A stretch of 64,000 nucleotides of DNA from Yuukianura sp. NJ FZ-2021 (Eukaryota). Each line of letters opens with the position of its first letter. Within the stretch, counting starts at the first letter, position 1. The position numbers and the translations under genes were made by a program. The stretch is from assembly GCA_046563655.1 (NCBI GenBank), contig CM102290.1, positions 3,348,001 through 3,412,000 of the forward strand, in the 5' to 3' direction. This document shows positions 10,857 to 23,100 of this stretch, piece after piece. Under the pieces are notes generated by a model. That model searched no databases. It was not told where the DNA came from and was given only the letters and a program-made list of their open reading frames with translations.

Positions 10857-12167
10857 TTAGGTTTTGGAAGTGCTGAGAATACCATTCCTAAAGCAGACAA
10901 TAGAATGTTAAATCAGTTTCACGTCAGCAAGATGACTCATTCAAAAAATTTCCATTGTTTGAACAAGGGCCATTACTATAACTTACTCAATAAGATAGTT
11001 TTCAACGTCTCCTGCATAGAAGTCATTTCCGAATTCCTCTTTCAACCGGATAAAGTTTCCAATCAGTTCTCCACCACGGTAGACCAAAAGAGCAGGAATT
11101 CCCTCAACTTTCTAAAATTTTATAGCGAAATAATCTTTAGCAGTAGCCTTTGTTTGCTATATTTTATACTATATTGATGGACGGACAGTTTCTTACGAAT
11201 AGATTACTGACTCCAGCCACGGATCCTCTCATTTTACAAAATTTGATGTGACGATGTTCTCGGCTTATCGAGTCGAGAGAGTCGTTCATCTTGGCACAAT
11301 GAGATATGTTCTGTAATTTGAAATTTATCAACAGGTCCTCAGAAATTCAATTGAGTTACTCAATTGGAGTAACGTAAGCAAACGGGATTTGTATTTACGT
11401 TTTCATAAATGTGCAGAACGATCACGACTTTGGAGTTTTTGTCGTCCACCAGCTTCAGATACTCGTCGGCGGAAGAAACCTCGGTAACTCCAAAGAACTG
11501 ATTCCTATAATTTTTTTCGAACAAGATAGCAGCGCATTATGTGTATTTTCCTTTTGATACGAATTTTTAGTTTAACCCAAACCTTTCTGTCTGTGCTTGC
11601 AGCATTGCTTCCATTCTTCGTTTGATAAAATCTTGTAAAACATCATCAGATTCAAGATCGTCATTTTCCACTATCACCTGCGCGTTATTAGTTCCGTTCT
11701 GAAAAAAAATCCAATTATGAATATGGAACTAGGCGAATGAGGAAATTCCTAAATCATTACCACGTTTGGCAAGCATGTCAACGAGGTTTGTTCTACCATG
11801 GCTATTAGTTCGCGCTCCTTATTGGCTCTCATCTGTTCCTCATGTTTTTGGAACAAATACCAATCCTCCAGTACACCCTTCGGGCCTGTCTGTAAGAAAA
11901 ATTAGAACACAAGTTATTTAAAAGACAAAGATGACAACTTAAACGAAGCATCTCCGATCTGCTCACATTTTTAGACACGCCATCCCAACGTTGTTGCTGC
12001 GATCTCGAGCTACCTGCATTTACACTGGCTCCAGCATTGTTCGATGCTTCCTGCGTCCTGGAATCTCGGTCACATTCTTCATCCTCATCTTGTTTGTCTT
12101 CATCTTCACTACTATCGCAGTAATACTCGCGTTTCTCTCCAAGAAGTTTGTCATCAAGGGTAGCCAT
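10857..12167 (-). CDS. PDCL: Phosducin-like protein 1 (PhLP1; G-beta-gamma/CCT co-chaperone), 7 coding exons
   Basis: MATLDDKLLGEKREYYCDSSEDED N-terminus, the conserved N|TGPKGVLEDW motif, and a thioredoxin-like C-terminal half (VVIVLHIYEN|NISHCAKMNDSL...HIKFCKMRGS...|GIPALLVYRGGELIGNFIRL...DFYAGDVENYLIE|NGILSTSKT*). Splice phases are consistent; stop TAA 10859-10857. Confidence 0.92.
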
Positions 12168-12631
12168 TTCCTTGCTAACGTTAAAATTACGTCAAAAACA
12201 AAATGAATTAATACTTGTCAGTCCCAAATAACGACAAATACGAATACACACAAATAGGGCTCAGAAGAGGGTAGATCAGACTTACCACTGCAAGTAGTAG
12301 TCAATCACCTAAATAAAAATAAGAATAAGTAGTACAAAAACTAACAATAATTAAATAAAATACAACCAAAGTTAACGAATTAATTTGACAAACAGAAATT
12401 TAAAACATTTCAAAGGCGAGTTTACAATTTCAAATTTCCCGCACCGTTGTCAATGTTTACATTTTCAAGTGAGACTTTCGTCGTCCCGAATCAACAGCCA
12501 CATGTACATATAACAGTTCATTTCAAATTTTCAAACTTCTTCATTAAATTAACTTAACACTTAAATAGATAAATCCTAATGTTTCAAATTACATAAGTAT
12601 AACGTTGCCTGAAGTTGCACTAGGAGGAGAA

Positions 12632-13479
12632 CTAGGCTAACGATAGGCTTTTGTAGATTTTATGATTTGCAAAAATACTTCATACTCCATGTCCATGGTT
12701 TTTTTCAAAATTTGACGAAAAACTTGATGTTCGATTTTGGAGTTTTAAAAATTTCTAAAAATTCTTCATATTGATTGAAAGTTTTTCGCGAAGAGATTAG
12801 GTCTCTATCGCTTTCCGTTCCTGAGATATAAATTTTCAAAATTTTATTTTGATTTTCAAAAACTTTAAAAATTCATATCTCGGGAATGGAAAGCGATAGA
12901 GAGGTAAACTCTTCACTCCTGAATTCACAAAAATATGGAGTATTTTTAGAAATTTTAAAAAGGTACCCTCAGATTTTGGCCAAATTTCGAAAAAATCCAT
13001 GGACTATAGTCCATGGTTTTTTTCAAAATTTGACGAAAAACTTGATGTTCGATTTTGGAGTTTTGAAAATTTGTAAAAATTCTTCATATTGATTGAAAGT
13101 TTTTCGCGAAGAGATTAGGTCTCTATCGCTTTCCGTTCCTGAGATATAAATTTTCAAAATTTTATTTTGATTTTCAAAAACTTTAAAAATTCATATCTCG
13201 GGAATGGAAAGCGATAGAGAGGTAAACTCTTCACTCCTGAATTCACAAAAATATGGAGTATTTTTAGAAATTTTAAAAAGGTACCCTCAGATTTTGGCCA
13301 AATTTCGAAAAAATCCATGGACTCTAGTCCCCCACCGAATTTTGAAAAGCTTTTGAAATTGTAATTATTTGGAATGGAGGTAGTTTGAATGGGACGAAAA
13401 AGTTTGGGGATTAACCCAATCAAAAGTGGTCACACGACACCTAGACTCAACTTTTTCATTTCCCATATAAATAAATAGA
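12632..13479 (-). mobile_element. Non-autonomous element carrying two tandem 318-bp foldback units; possibly Helitron-like
   Basis: Units at 12691-13008 and 13009-13326 are nearly identical. Each has imperfect terminal inverted repeats (gtccatgg(t/a)ttttttc...) and a central ~28-bp inverted repeat (tctctatcgctttccgttcctgagatat / atatctcgggaatggaaagcgatagaga). On the minus strand the block starts A|TCTATTTATTTATAT (13479) and ends CTAG|T (12632). The repeat is certain; the Helitron class is inferred. Confidence 0.6.
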
Positions 13480-14176
13480 TTCATACTATACTTTTTAGAA
13501 ATTCAACTTTGGTTATTTCTGTGGCATCATCGGACATCGGACTCAGCAACTTGCAAGTTGCAAACCAACATTTTAAGCAATTTGGCGAAACTTTCTGCTT
13601 CGAATTCTCGTCTTTCATGAATAAATCAATCGAGCGCTCGGACCTGATTGCAAGACATTAATCAATGTTTCGCCCAGCAATTAATCAGTGTTAATTTATT
13701 ATCACAGAGAGTTAAATTCAGTATGACTACAATTGTTTTGCTAATTGGGGGCATTTCAATTGTTTAGAATCAAATCCCTTGGAAGTTCCAAGTGGAATGA
13801 TAGTTTCACTTCATCCCGAAAGAAAGACTAACAGCTAATTATAATTAAGATTTGTGTAAAGTAGAAATGAATCAGTCAAAGTCAAACGTACGGTTTGATT
13901 TGTCATATAAACTACAGTATCCTAGCTGTCTAAAGCTGCTAAGAACCACTACTAATTTTCCATTTTGTCACCTACTCTCTGACCCTGACCAAAACTAAAT
14001 ATACCTTTGGTTATTGATCATAGTTACAGAAAGAAAATGAGTTCTGATTTGAGGCAAAAACGATTGAAAGCACGATGAGCTTTTCTGGCCGACGTACAAT
14101 TGAATCAGCCATGTTGTTCTAGCCTTGCGCGAGCAGCATTCGCTTTTCCCGCTAAAATTGATTCTTCCCGAGAAAA

Positions 14177-17100
14177 CTATTCTCTTCTGTCTTCCAATTG
14201 ATTTTCACGTCTAGCAAGATCAATCATTCTGAACACGAGAACTGAAAGCAACTTGTCAAGCGGATCCATAAAGCCACGCTGCATCCATTTTGGAATTGTC
14301 GTTCTAGCATGTGAGAATCCAAGTTTGTGTAGGATGTAGTCCACGCCGTAAGGTTCAATACTTTTTCCAGCCCATGACAGGAGGCTAAATTTAAAAAAAA
14401 AAACAGAAATACAATACATAAGCACATATTACGGAAAACAAACTGTCCGAGTGACAAGGTAAATAGAATACTACTAGGTAGTGCGAATGGAAAGTTTGTT
14501 TGGTTGCCATGTGGAAAAAAAAATGACGTCACCCGCTGAAAATACCGGAATTCTGCCAATTATTGGTGGTGTCCTATAGAAACCCGTAAAACACATCTTG
14601 TTTACATAAATGCCCGCGGGTTCCAATTTCACGATTACGGTATTTTTCAGCTGGTGACGTCACAAACAAAAAATTGCGTTGGTTGCTATGGGCGCCATTT
14701 GCAGGGGGCTGTCCGAGTGAGAATATTTTTTTGGTTTTACCGAACAGTCGGCTCCAATTGCCACGTTTTGCAGTGATAATTTCTCCAATCCCTTTGAAAA
14801 GGAGAATCGCTATTTTCCACTGTTCCCGGTTGGAGATACATTTCAGAAGAAGAAGCATCTAAATGTCCTGGTTCCGAAGACGGTGGCACGTCAGGCTCAA
14901 TTGTAATGGAAGTTTCAGCAGATGACACATTTGGGCTTTGACTTCTTCCAGCAGCCAACTGTGCCGATACCTTCGCATCAACGTTTCATGAGTAATTCAG
15001 TAAAACAAAATGAACATTCAGACTCATTTGAGCAAACGTCCTTACCAATTTGTCTTTTTCCTTGATGTACGATAGAATTAAATCATGAAGAAAGAAAAAC
15101 GCTTCAGCATCAACCGTAACAAAAATATGATCTCCAAACTCAGTGATGAAGCTACAATCCACCATAGGACGAGGAACTAAAAATACAAAAGTGTCAAACT
15201 CTACAAAAACACTCGAAACACTTGATGTGTTGCCTCTTACTTGCGGTGGATGTGCCAGGAACATCAGTTGCTTGTAAATGCTCAGTTTTAAAAAAGAGTT
15301 CCATCGTTGGTAAAGCAAAGATAACTTCTCGATTATGATTAGGATCGTGAAGACGAGCTGGAGTGCTGCGACGTTCAATTGAACTGGAATCCGCCCTCTC
15401 CCTTTCCATTCGCTCTCGTTCGCGCTCCAGACTTGGAAAGCGCTGGACATCTGAAGTTAATAAAATCGAACTAGCACTCTTTCTGTGTAAACGGTAAGTT
15501 AATTTAAATAAAATGAAGTTTTACCATCAATTTCACTGGGGGCGAATGCATAGTGGAACCATTCTTGCAGAGTTCTGAACTGTGGCGAGAAAATAACATT
15601 TCTCGTTATACGGCAAACCATGGCCATACTTTCATGTGGTGAACTCGTAATGCTCATTGTTTGATTCTGCCCGAGTGCAACGTTGAGGTTTTGCACAACA
15701 TGTACGCCGCCATTTTCTGAATGTGAAAACATACATTTTTAAAGTATGATTTTCATCCAAAATTTAAATATGTTACAGGTATTTCAATAAATAGATTACC
15801 TTCAGAATGAGTCTCTTGTGCTTCTGTCTGGAAGGAAATGAACGGCTCCTTCAAGCTAAATAATGCCCAACTCTTTGCTTTGAAGTTCATTCCGTGGAAA
15901 CACGCCAACGAAATGTTGTTTCCATGCAGATCCATCGTTCCACCCAACACAGTTCCCGTCGCTGGTAGTGGATTCAGCAGCGAACTGATGGACATGCGTG
16001 ACACTTTTTCTAGCACACGCTGCCAGTGACGATGGTGTCGGATCTCTTCCCATAGTCCAGCTATTAAACATGTCAAAAAATGTACCCGTGAATGTTTAAA
16101 AGTTCTCTTCTAAAATCTTACGGTCTGCGGGTTTACGTAGAGTCACTTTAGTAATTGCAGGAGTAGACGATGGCTCCTGAACTTGAAGAGTAGAAAAAAC
16201 ATATTTGCTGCTCTTGAATTGTTGACTAAAAAATTCCTCCAACTTGCAGTGCATTTTGAGTAGATCAACTGTGGTTGACTTGGATATCAGTAATTGAACC
16301 TGGTCCCACCGCATATCTCCATGTATAAAAATCATTGCCGGACTAAAATAAAACACCGAAATTATTCTCCACTGAACACTTAATGTTCACAATTTAGTTT
16401 CATACCGATACGTGGCCACGGCCACATCGGATCTTGGTCTCCCAGTGCCTGGATTTCTGTCTCGGACTTGCCACTCGTCCTTTAGGGTAACTTCCAACTT
16501 ACTTCCGCGTCCCATCAGGACACTCGTTCCCATAAAGTCAAGGCGAAGTTCCAGCAAAAATACTTTGAAGCCTACAGTGTGATGTGGCTCCACGCCCGGA
16601 TCTTCCTTTGCCTTGACAAACGTACTCAAGTTCACCAATTCAAAGGTTCCAGCTACAATTCCTCCTTTGGCGTCAATGTACGATGACCCAATGTCCACGC
16701 CTATGTACAAATTCTTGTGTCCAGTACTTCCAATAGACAATTTCCCATCGGATTTTGCGTCACGAATCATCCAACTGTGCAGTAAATTAAAATAAAACAA
16801 TTTCGGAATTAGAAGACATCCTCGTTAACACAAAATTTTCAAAACTTTACCTGACGTTTCCCATTACATTCCCCATATTCATTTGAACATTCAGTTTGGT
16901 AAAGTTCACCGTGAAGAGAACCAGTGTTTCCCATTTTGACGCTGCAGGAAACCCATTTTCTTCACCACTGCCCTTTAACGGTGTCTTCGGTGTTGCAAAA
17001 ACTAAAAGGCGTAAAACAAACGTGAACGTCAACTTATTCTAACTACAAGGTGAGTTTTTAGTTTGACACGATAATGATATCTTACAGTCCAATTTACTTC

Positions 17101-20100
17101 CACGTCTTTTGACTTCTTTGTCACCATCGAGAAGATTCAGTTTCATTTTTTCTCTAGCACTAGGGGTGACACTACTTGGACCTGAATTTCGCCTTTCTTC
17201 CCTGAGATTCATGTAACATTCAAATCATTCATTTCTGACATTGTGAGTGAACTGTGAAAAAAGAAGAAATGTTTCAAAAACTTACATCCTCGGAAAAAAT
17301 TGAGATTGAGGGCTACTCCGGCCAGAATTCACTCCGTTGATATTAGAAGTGTCTTCGCCATAAGCCGCAGCAGTCGAAAGGTCGCCAAGAAATAACCTCC
17401 GAACAATGGAGCGTCGATACCAAGCTTTCGGAAATGCCAAAATTTCCGTCAGTCGTCTCATATCATACTTGAATGATGCAGAGCCAATATCAACAATCGC
17501 TGCGGAAAAAATAACATCAGACAACTGGCCAAACATAGCTTATGGTAACAAATACGGTTGAATACTTACTCGAAAAGCGAATTGAAGCTTGTTGTTGCTG
17601 TTCCGTGTTATTCGGAAAATTCTTTCCGTCGGAATTGGTAGTTGTATTCGTAGTTGTATAAATTTTGCGGCTTCGAGACAAATTGACTTTAATGAACTCC
17701 ACATTCATGCTAACAGAGTCCTTCCGTTCATTGTCACTCAAGGGACTCCAGTCTGTTGCAGCTTCTCATGTGGAACAACGTGAATTAAACATTAACTAAA
17801 AACTTTCAGCAATCCAAGTTTAAAATTGACTTACCCGACTTCTTTGCAGCGCCGTAAGGGTGGAAAATGTACAACGAAAAATCCGTCAAGCAGCCAGTAA
17901 CACTAAGGCCTCCAATAGTTAATTGCTGAGTTGGTTCTTTGTCCTTGAGGCTACTGTCCGTGTGCACTCGAGTCCTGAATTTTCCACCTCCGGGAACATT
18001 TAGGGGACCAAATTCTCTGAAAAACAAAATTCAAATCAGTACAACTAATTACTGAAATAAGTTAAAATTAATCATACTCTGCTTTTTCTTCTGCTCGTTT
18101 TGAAGAGAAAACAATATCCAACGACGGAAGACGAAGCATACACTCCACCCTTGAAACTGGTTGACACGAAAAGCGAAATGTTGACGGTTGCATATGGAAG
18201 TAAACAATGACATCGACTGGGAATGATGCGTAGTAAGTACTGGCAACTCCACTCGCCGCATCTGCATTAAATGTAAGATTAGTTAAATCATCACAACGCG
18301 GACAGTTGAATCTGTGAACTCACCAGTGCCAATACTAGTTCCATCAAAGCTTTTCTGATTTGCCGGTAAAGGTATTGGTTCCAAAGTTTGTTCCAAGAAA
18401 TCCAAAATATGCGGACTTATAATGGTTTCTTCCGGAACAGAATGTAGAGTTGTCCAGGCAAAAAGGCTTGCCTTTTTAGTTCCACCACGTCGGTTGAGAA
18501 GCGAAAGGCTTGGAGTCACATTACTAGTAGTGCTGCTTCCAGAATCTGTTCTTTCATGGCTATACTTCCCAGTAATAGTGGATGCGGAGTCTTTCTCCTC
18601 ATAAAGAATATGAGAGTCGTAATGAATCTGACAAAAATCGTTCGACAGTTATTTATATGCCCAGTATAAGCCACTAAAGTAAAAAAAAACTGAATATTAT
18701 TACCTTGACGTCCAATCCAGGAATATGAAAAATTGTCACGTCTGTTCCGCTCACATTTCCGAACGGAGACTTGAGTCGAGTTGTTGACGCATTCGCTCTA
18801 GCTTTCCTGGAACCCAAAGGACTGGAACTCAAATTGAGCATTCCCGAATCAAATCCAGACATACTCCGTTCACTCTTTTTGCGTACAGACCTAGAAATGG
18901 AAAAAATTGGCTACATTTGAAAAGAAAAATGAAAAGTTTCCCATGCTCGCGCACTTTGGATCTGGCTCTTCTTCTTTAGCCTTCGTATGCAACGCACACT
19001 TTCCGCTGTTGATGAAGACCTTGACATCCAATTCGAGGTCCACGTTTGGTTCCATTGCTTTGTGCGAAACGGAACTTCCAGGCGTCATTTGACCAACTGT
19101 GTCCTTACTGCCTTCAAGTCTGACAAAATTTAAACAAAATAAGCAACATAACTTGGATCAAAACAGTCAAATTAAGTCTTCTATAAGTTACCCCGCAGTG
19201 GTTTGTTTTTCGTTGACTTCACTCTCTAACCATGCATCTAGCAGTTCATCGTCATCTTCTGGACTTGTACTTTCCATGGAATGTTGTCTGAAAAAATTTA
19301 CGATCAGTACCAGGTCAAAGTTAGATATAAGTATAACAACCAACAAAGTGTTGTCTGAACATCATAAGAACCAATCCCATCGCGTACTCTGTACATGCTA
19401 ACTAATTAACAACAATTTCTATGAAGGAGTTACTTAACTCAATTATATAAGGTAACCTTTAATCTAAACGTTGCCTGAATCTGAAATCTGAATCTTCAAA
19501 CCCATGAAAAAACTGAATATGATTGAAATATACCGCTGAGTCTCTCCAAATGTGACACGCTGGTGTTTGGAACGATACCGAAGAGAAGCTGAACGTGAAT
19601 GTCCGTCTGGCGGGGAACTGTCCGTGCTTGGACAAGGCACAGATTCCACAGGGCTACATAAAAGGGAAGGAAACATTTGCCAAATTAAGTCTGGAAGCTC
19701 ACAGCCAACGATTCAAAAACGAAGTCAACTCGCTAAGTAAGCAAATCCTTAAACTCTGCACCAAGCAATTACAGGACAATATTCTTCCTCGTGACATCAT
19801 AGCGCCCAAGCCACGACAGAACAGAAGACATAACGCAAACAACTTCATCAAATCAAGGAGAAGCAAAAAAATACAACTGGATTAATAATCTACACATTTC
19901 TACAAAAATAAATAAATAATTATGAAATTATAAGTAAATTAAACTAAAGAAAGCTACAAACAATGCAGTTCATCAAAGTTATAATAACTAAAGATCAAAT
20001 TAGATTAAGATTTAAAAAACTAAAAATGTCAATCAAAACTTAAACAAATGAGCAAAACCGCGAAAATAAACTTCAATACAAACTTCAAAACAAAGAAACT

Positions 20101-23100
20101 TATTTTTTTTTTACCTGTAATTGTTCGAATTCTCTGAATTCAACGGATTGACTCCGACAGACTGTGATCTGATCTGCGGTGGTTTTGGTGAAGTACCAAG
20201 TCCAAGCTTATCTTTAATACTTGCACCTTTCGTGCTCTGTCTCCTAAGTTTTTTAATCCAATCTCTTCGAAAGTCCTGTAAAAAGAAAACGATTTGGATT
20301 AGTCAAAAGCAAACCTTACAAAAACAACACTCGCAAAAATTACCTTGTAAGCCACAGTTTCCAATTCTTGGAGCTTCTTCCGTTCATCTTCAATCTGGAT
20401 TTCAGAGGCTCCAATTTTCGTCAGCTCTGAAATTAAACTCACGCGTTCTTGCATTTCTTTCTCGAGCAAATTCCGCTTCTGACGCGGCGGCATTCCAGAT
20501 TCAATTGCCAATCCTCCAATACAGTCTGTCGCTTGACTCTTTTGACGGCGTAGTATAACAGATTCCTTTTTTAAAAAGCCTGAATTAGATTACACGTTCT
20601 ACTACTCCAAACTTTGAACTCTGACCTGGGATAACGACCTTGCAGTTACGTCAATTCCTGCAAAGTCTGGTAAATCTTGGTCACCAAAAACATTTTCTCG
20701 TTCCAAAATATCATCATCTTCCTCTTCGAATGCTGCCAGTGTAGTGAGGGTATGTCCAAGCGCCGAGAGCTGTTTACCGACATTGACATCAATGTGCATG
20801 TCAACTCCTTCCATGGACCATTGAACGTTGAGGAACCACTTGGCATTTTCTGCTACTCAACCAAATTATTGTCAACATTAATTAGCTTTTACACATGTAG
20901 TTAATAATGCTCTTTATAGCAATTGTAGATTGCATACCAGACTGTTGATGTGTTGAATTTGTCCGAGAGCACACCTCGTACGTACCCTCAGAGACGGAGC
21001 AATAGTTGAGCACGCTGGGGTCGGACAAGTTCGGTTTCCAGTCATCCATGGAAACCATGTCATCCGAGAATCGAAAGCAAAGGTTAGTGAATCTTCCTTT
21101 ACTCACCAGTGAACCGTAACTGCAAGCAGAAATACTCGAACTCTCTAGCGTTATCACTACTGCACCACGGTTTTCGTTCTCTACTCTGCCGCTCCAACTC
21201 TATTGGTTCATAAAAGAAAACATAAGTTCTGAGATACTTAATTAAATTAAATGACGGGACTTACATGGGGTGCAGGATTGAGTGGTATAGAAATCCCCAT
21301 GTCGTCAACCGTCAACTGAACAAAAAGAATACTTGACTGCTCGTGTAGGCCCGAAGGTTGGATTCGATCTGGAACCTGAGACACAAAATATTGCGAATGA
21401 AAATATTTTTCAATGCTGACATTTCGAAATTCATACTTGAGGAAATGGCATTGCAGCTAAAACTTCGGTGTTAAGCGAACTTCTCTGCTCGTTCCAGTAC
21501 TCGTAAGCGTTCTTGTAGTTAAGCCAAACCAAAATTGCCTTGTCCACTGCTATTGGTTGAATATAAATAAGTGGTCTTGTCAGTGTGATCAGAACGACTT
21601 CTTTCTCCGCATCGCCGCTCACTTCTTCCGACATGTCATTTGTAAGTCCAACGCGAGTTTTGAAGAAGGCATACTGCTGATACTCTGACTCCGCCTCCTC
21701 AAACACCATGTTTCGTATCAACTGCCCCAAACTCAGGTTGACATCAACTTTGGCCTTGAGAAATACTCGGTTGAAGGTCGGCTGCCTTGTGGAATGTGGA
21801 TGAGAACCGGACGATGACATTGTACTGGTAGGAGCTCCACCTCCTTTGCAAGGCTCACACATCCGTCGCACTCTGTTGGACATATAGAACTCTAGAGCTC
21901 CCGTTTCTAATCGAACTGCCGTGTTTGTTGGAGTTGTAGCTGTGATCTGAATTCCCTGCACAAACACAACTTATTAGTATAAAACGCCATGTTGACGACA
22001 ACAGCATAAGTGAGACTAATCTTCTCTTGCAGTCTCGACTTGCCACATACCTGAAGCGTAACGTTGAGTGTAAACAAAAGGCCTCCGAGCGAAGTCGTTC
22101 CTTCTTCTTCCCAAAATGGAACAGGCTTGTCACCTCCCGACATTTTCAGTACAACTTCATTCACCTCCCGCATGAATACCTGCAACCAGACAAAATTATT
22201 TAAAACCTTTTCATAACTACAGTGATTTGAAAAAGTTGTCAATTGGAAATTTGAATTCACCTTCTGCACGAATACAAGATGGTTCAAAAGATCCGTCGTG
22301 AGGCAATGTTCAAAGGAACCAATTTCAGCCGAAGCTTGTAGGAAGCTTCCACGCCGTATCACCACTCCCTCCATGATTTGAGCGTCTGCTATACCTTTAT
22401 CTTTATCTTGAATATACTCTGCTCCAACGTCCACTTTTGGCAACGAAATGCTGGCAGCCGAGGGTAGATTTGCTTCTGATATCTAGAACACGCGGAATTT
22501 TATATAAAACTAAGGCTCAAGTCTGCCCTAAAACAATATGCGCCATATTTAAAACACACTTACTGCTAACTTTGTCGTAAAACTGAGTGTATGAGTTGGC
22601 AAATGGATTTTGAATTTTGCTTTTTCACCAGTCATGCCTGAGCTTCTCACGCTTTCCATTTTGTACTGAGCCTGGAGTGAAGGTAGCAGGGCCGCTGTAA
22701 TGCTAAGGCTCTAAAATTCAAACAAAAACATTACTAACCTCTAACACCTATTTATTATATGTACTTGAAATTTTTGAAATCTCAAGTTCAACTAATTCGA
22801 TTTTTACAGCAACCATGCTAGTAGTAGTTGCTTCTAACCTCTGCTAGAATAGTGAATTGCATGACGAGTGGCTGGAACAAGGAACTTTCCGTGGGTTTCT
22901 TTTGCTTCTCTGGTAGAACTTCTGGAACTTGAAGCGGAAGATGAGCGGCGAAATCCTGTTCATCGAATGTGGTTCCGCGGGAAATCCTACTCGACGTTCG
23001 ATTAACTCGGAATTCTTGCAGAGTATTTGAGAGCTGCTTCGAACTACGTGTCATCATCCCATGCAAAACAACAGGATGTTGTGGAATGTCAATATTCACC

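Noticed and set aside
12886..13423. ORFs of 68 and 89 aa
   Set aside because: F/K/L-rich translations of the AT-rich foldback repeat with no transposase or Rep/helicase motifs.
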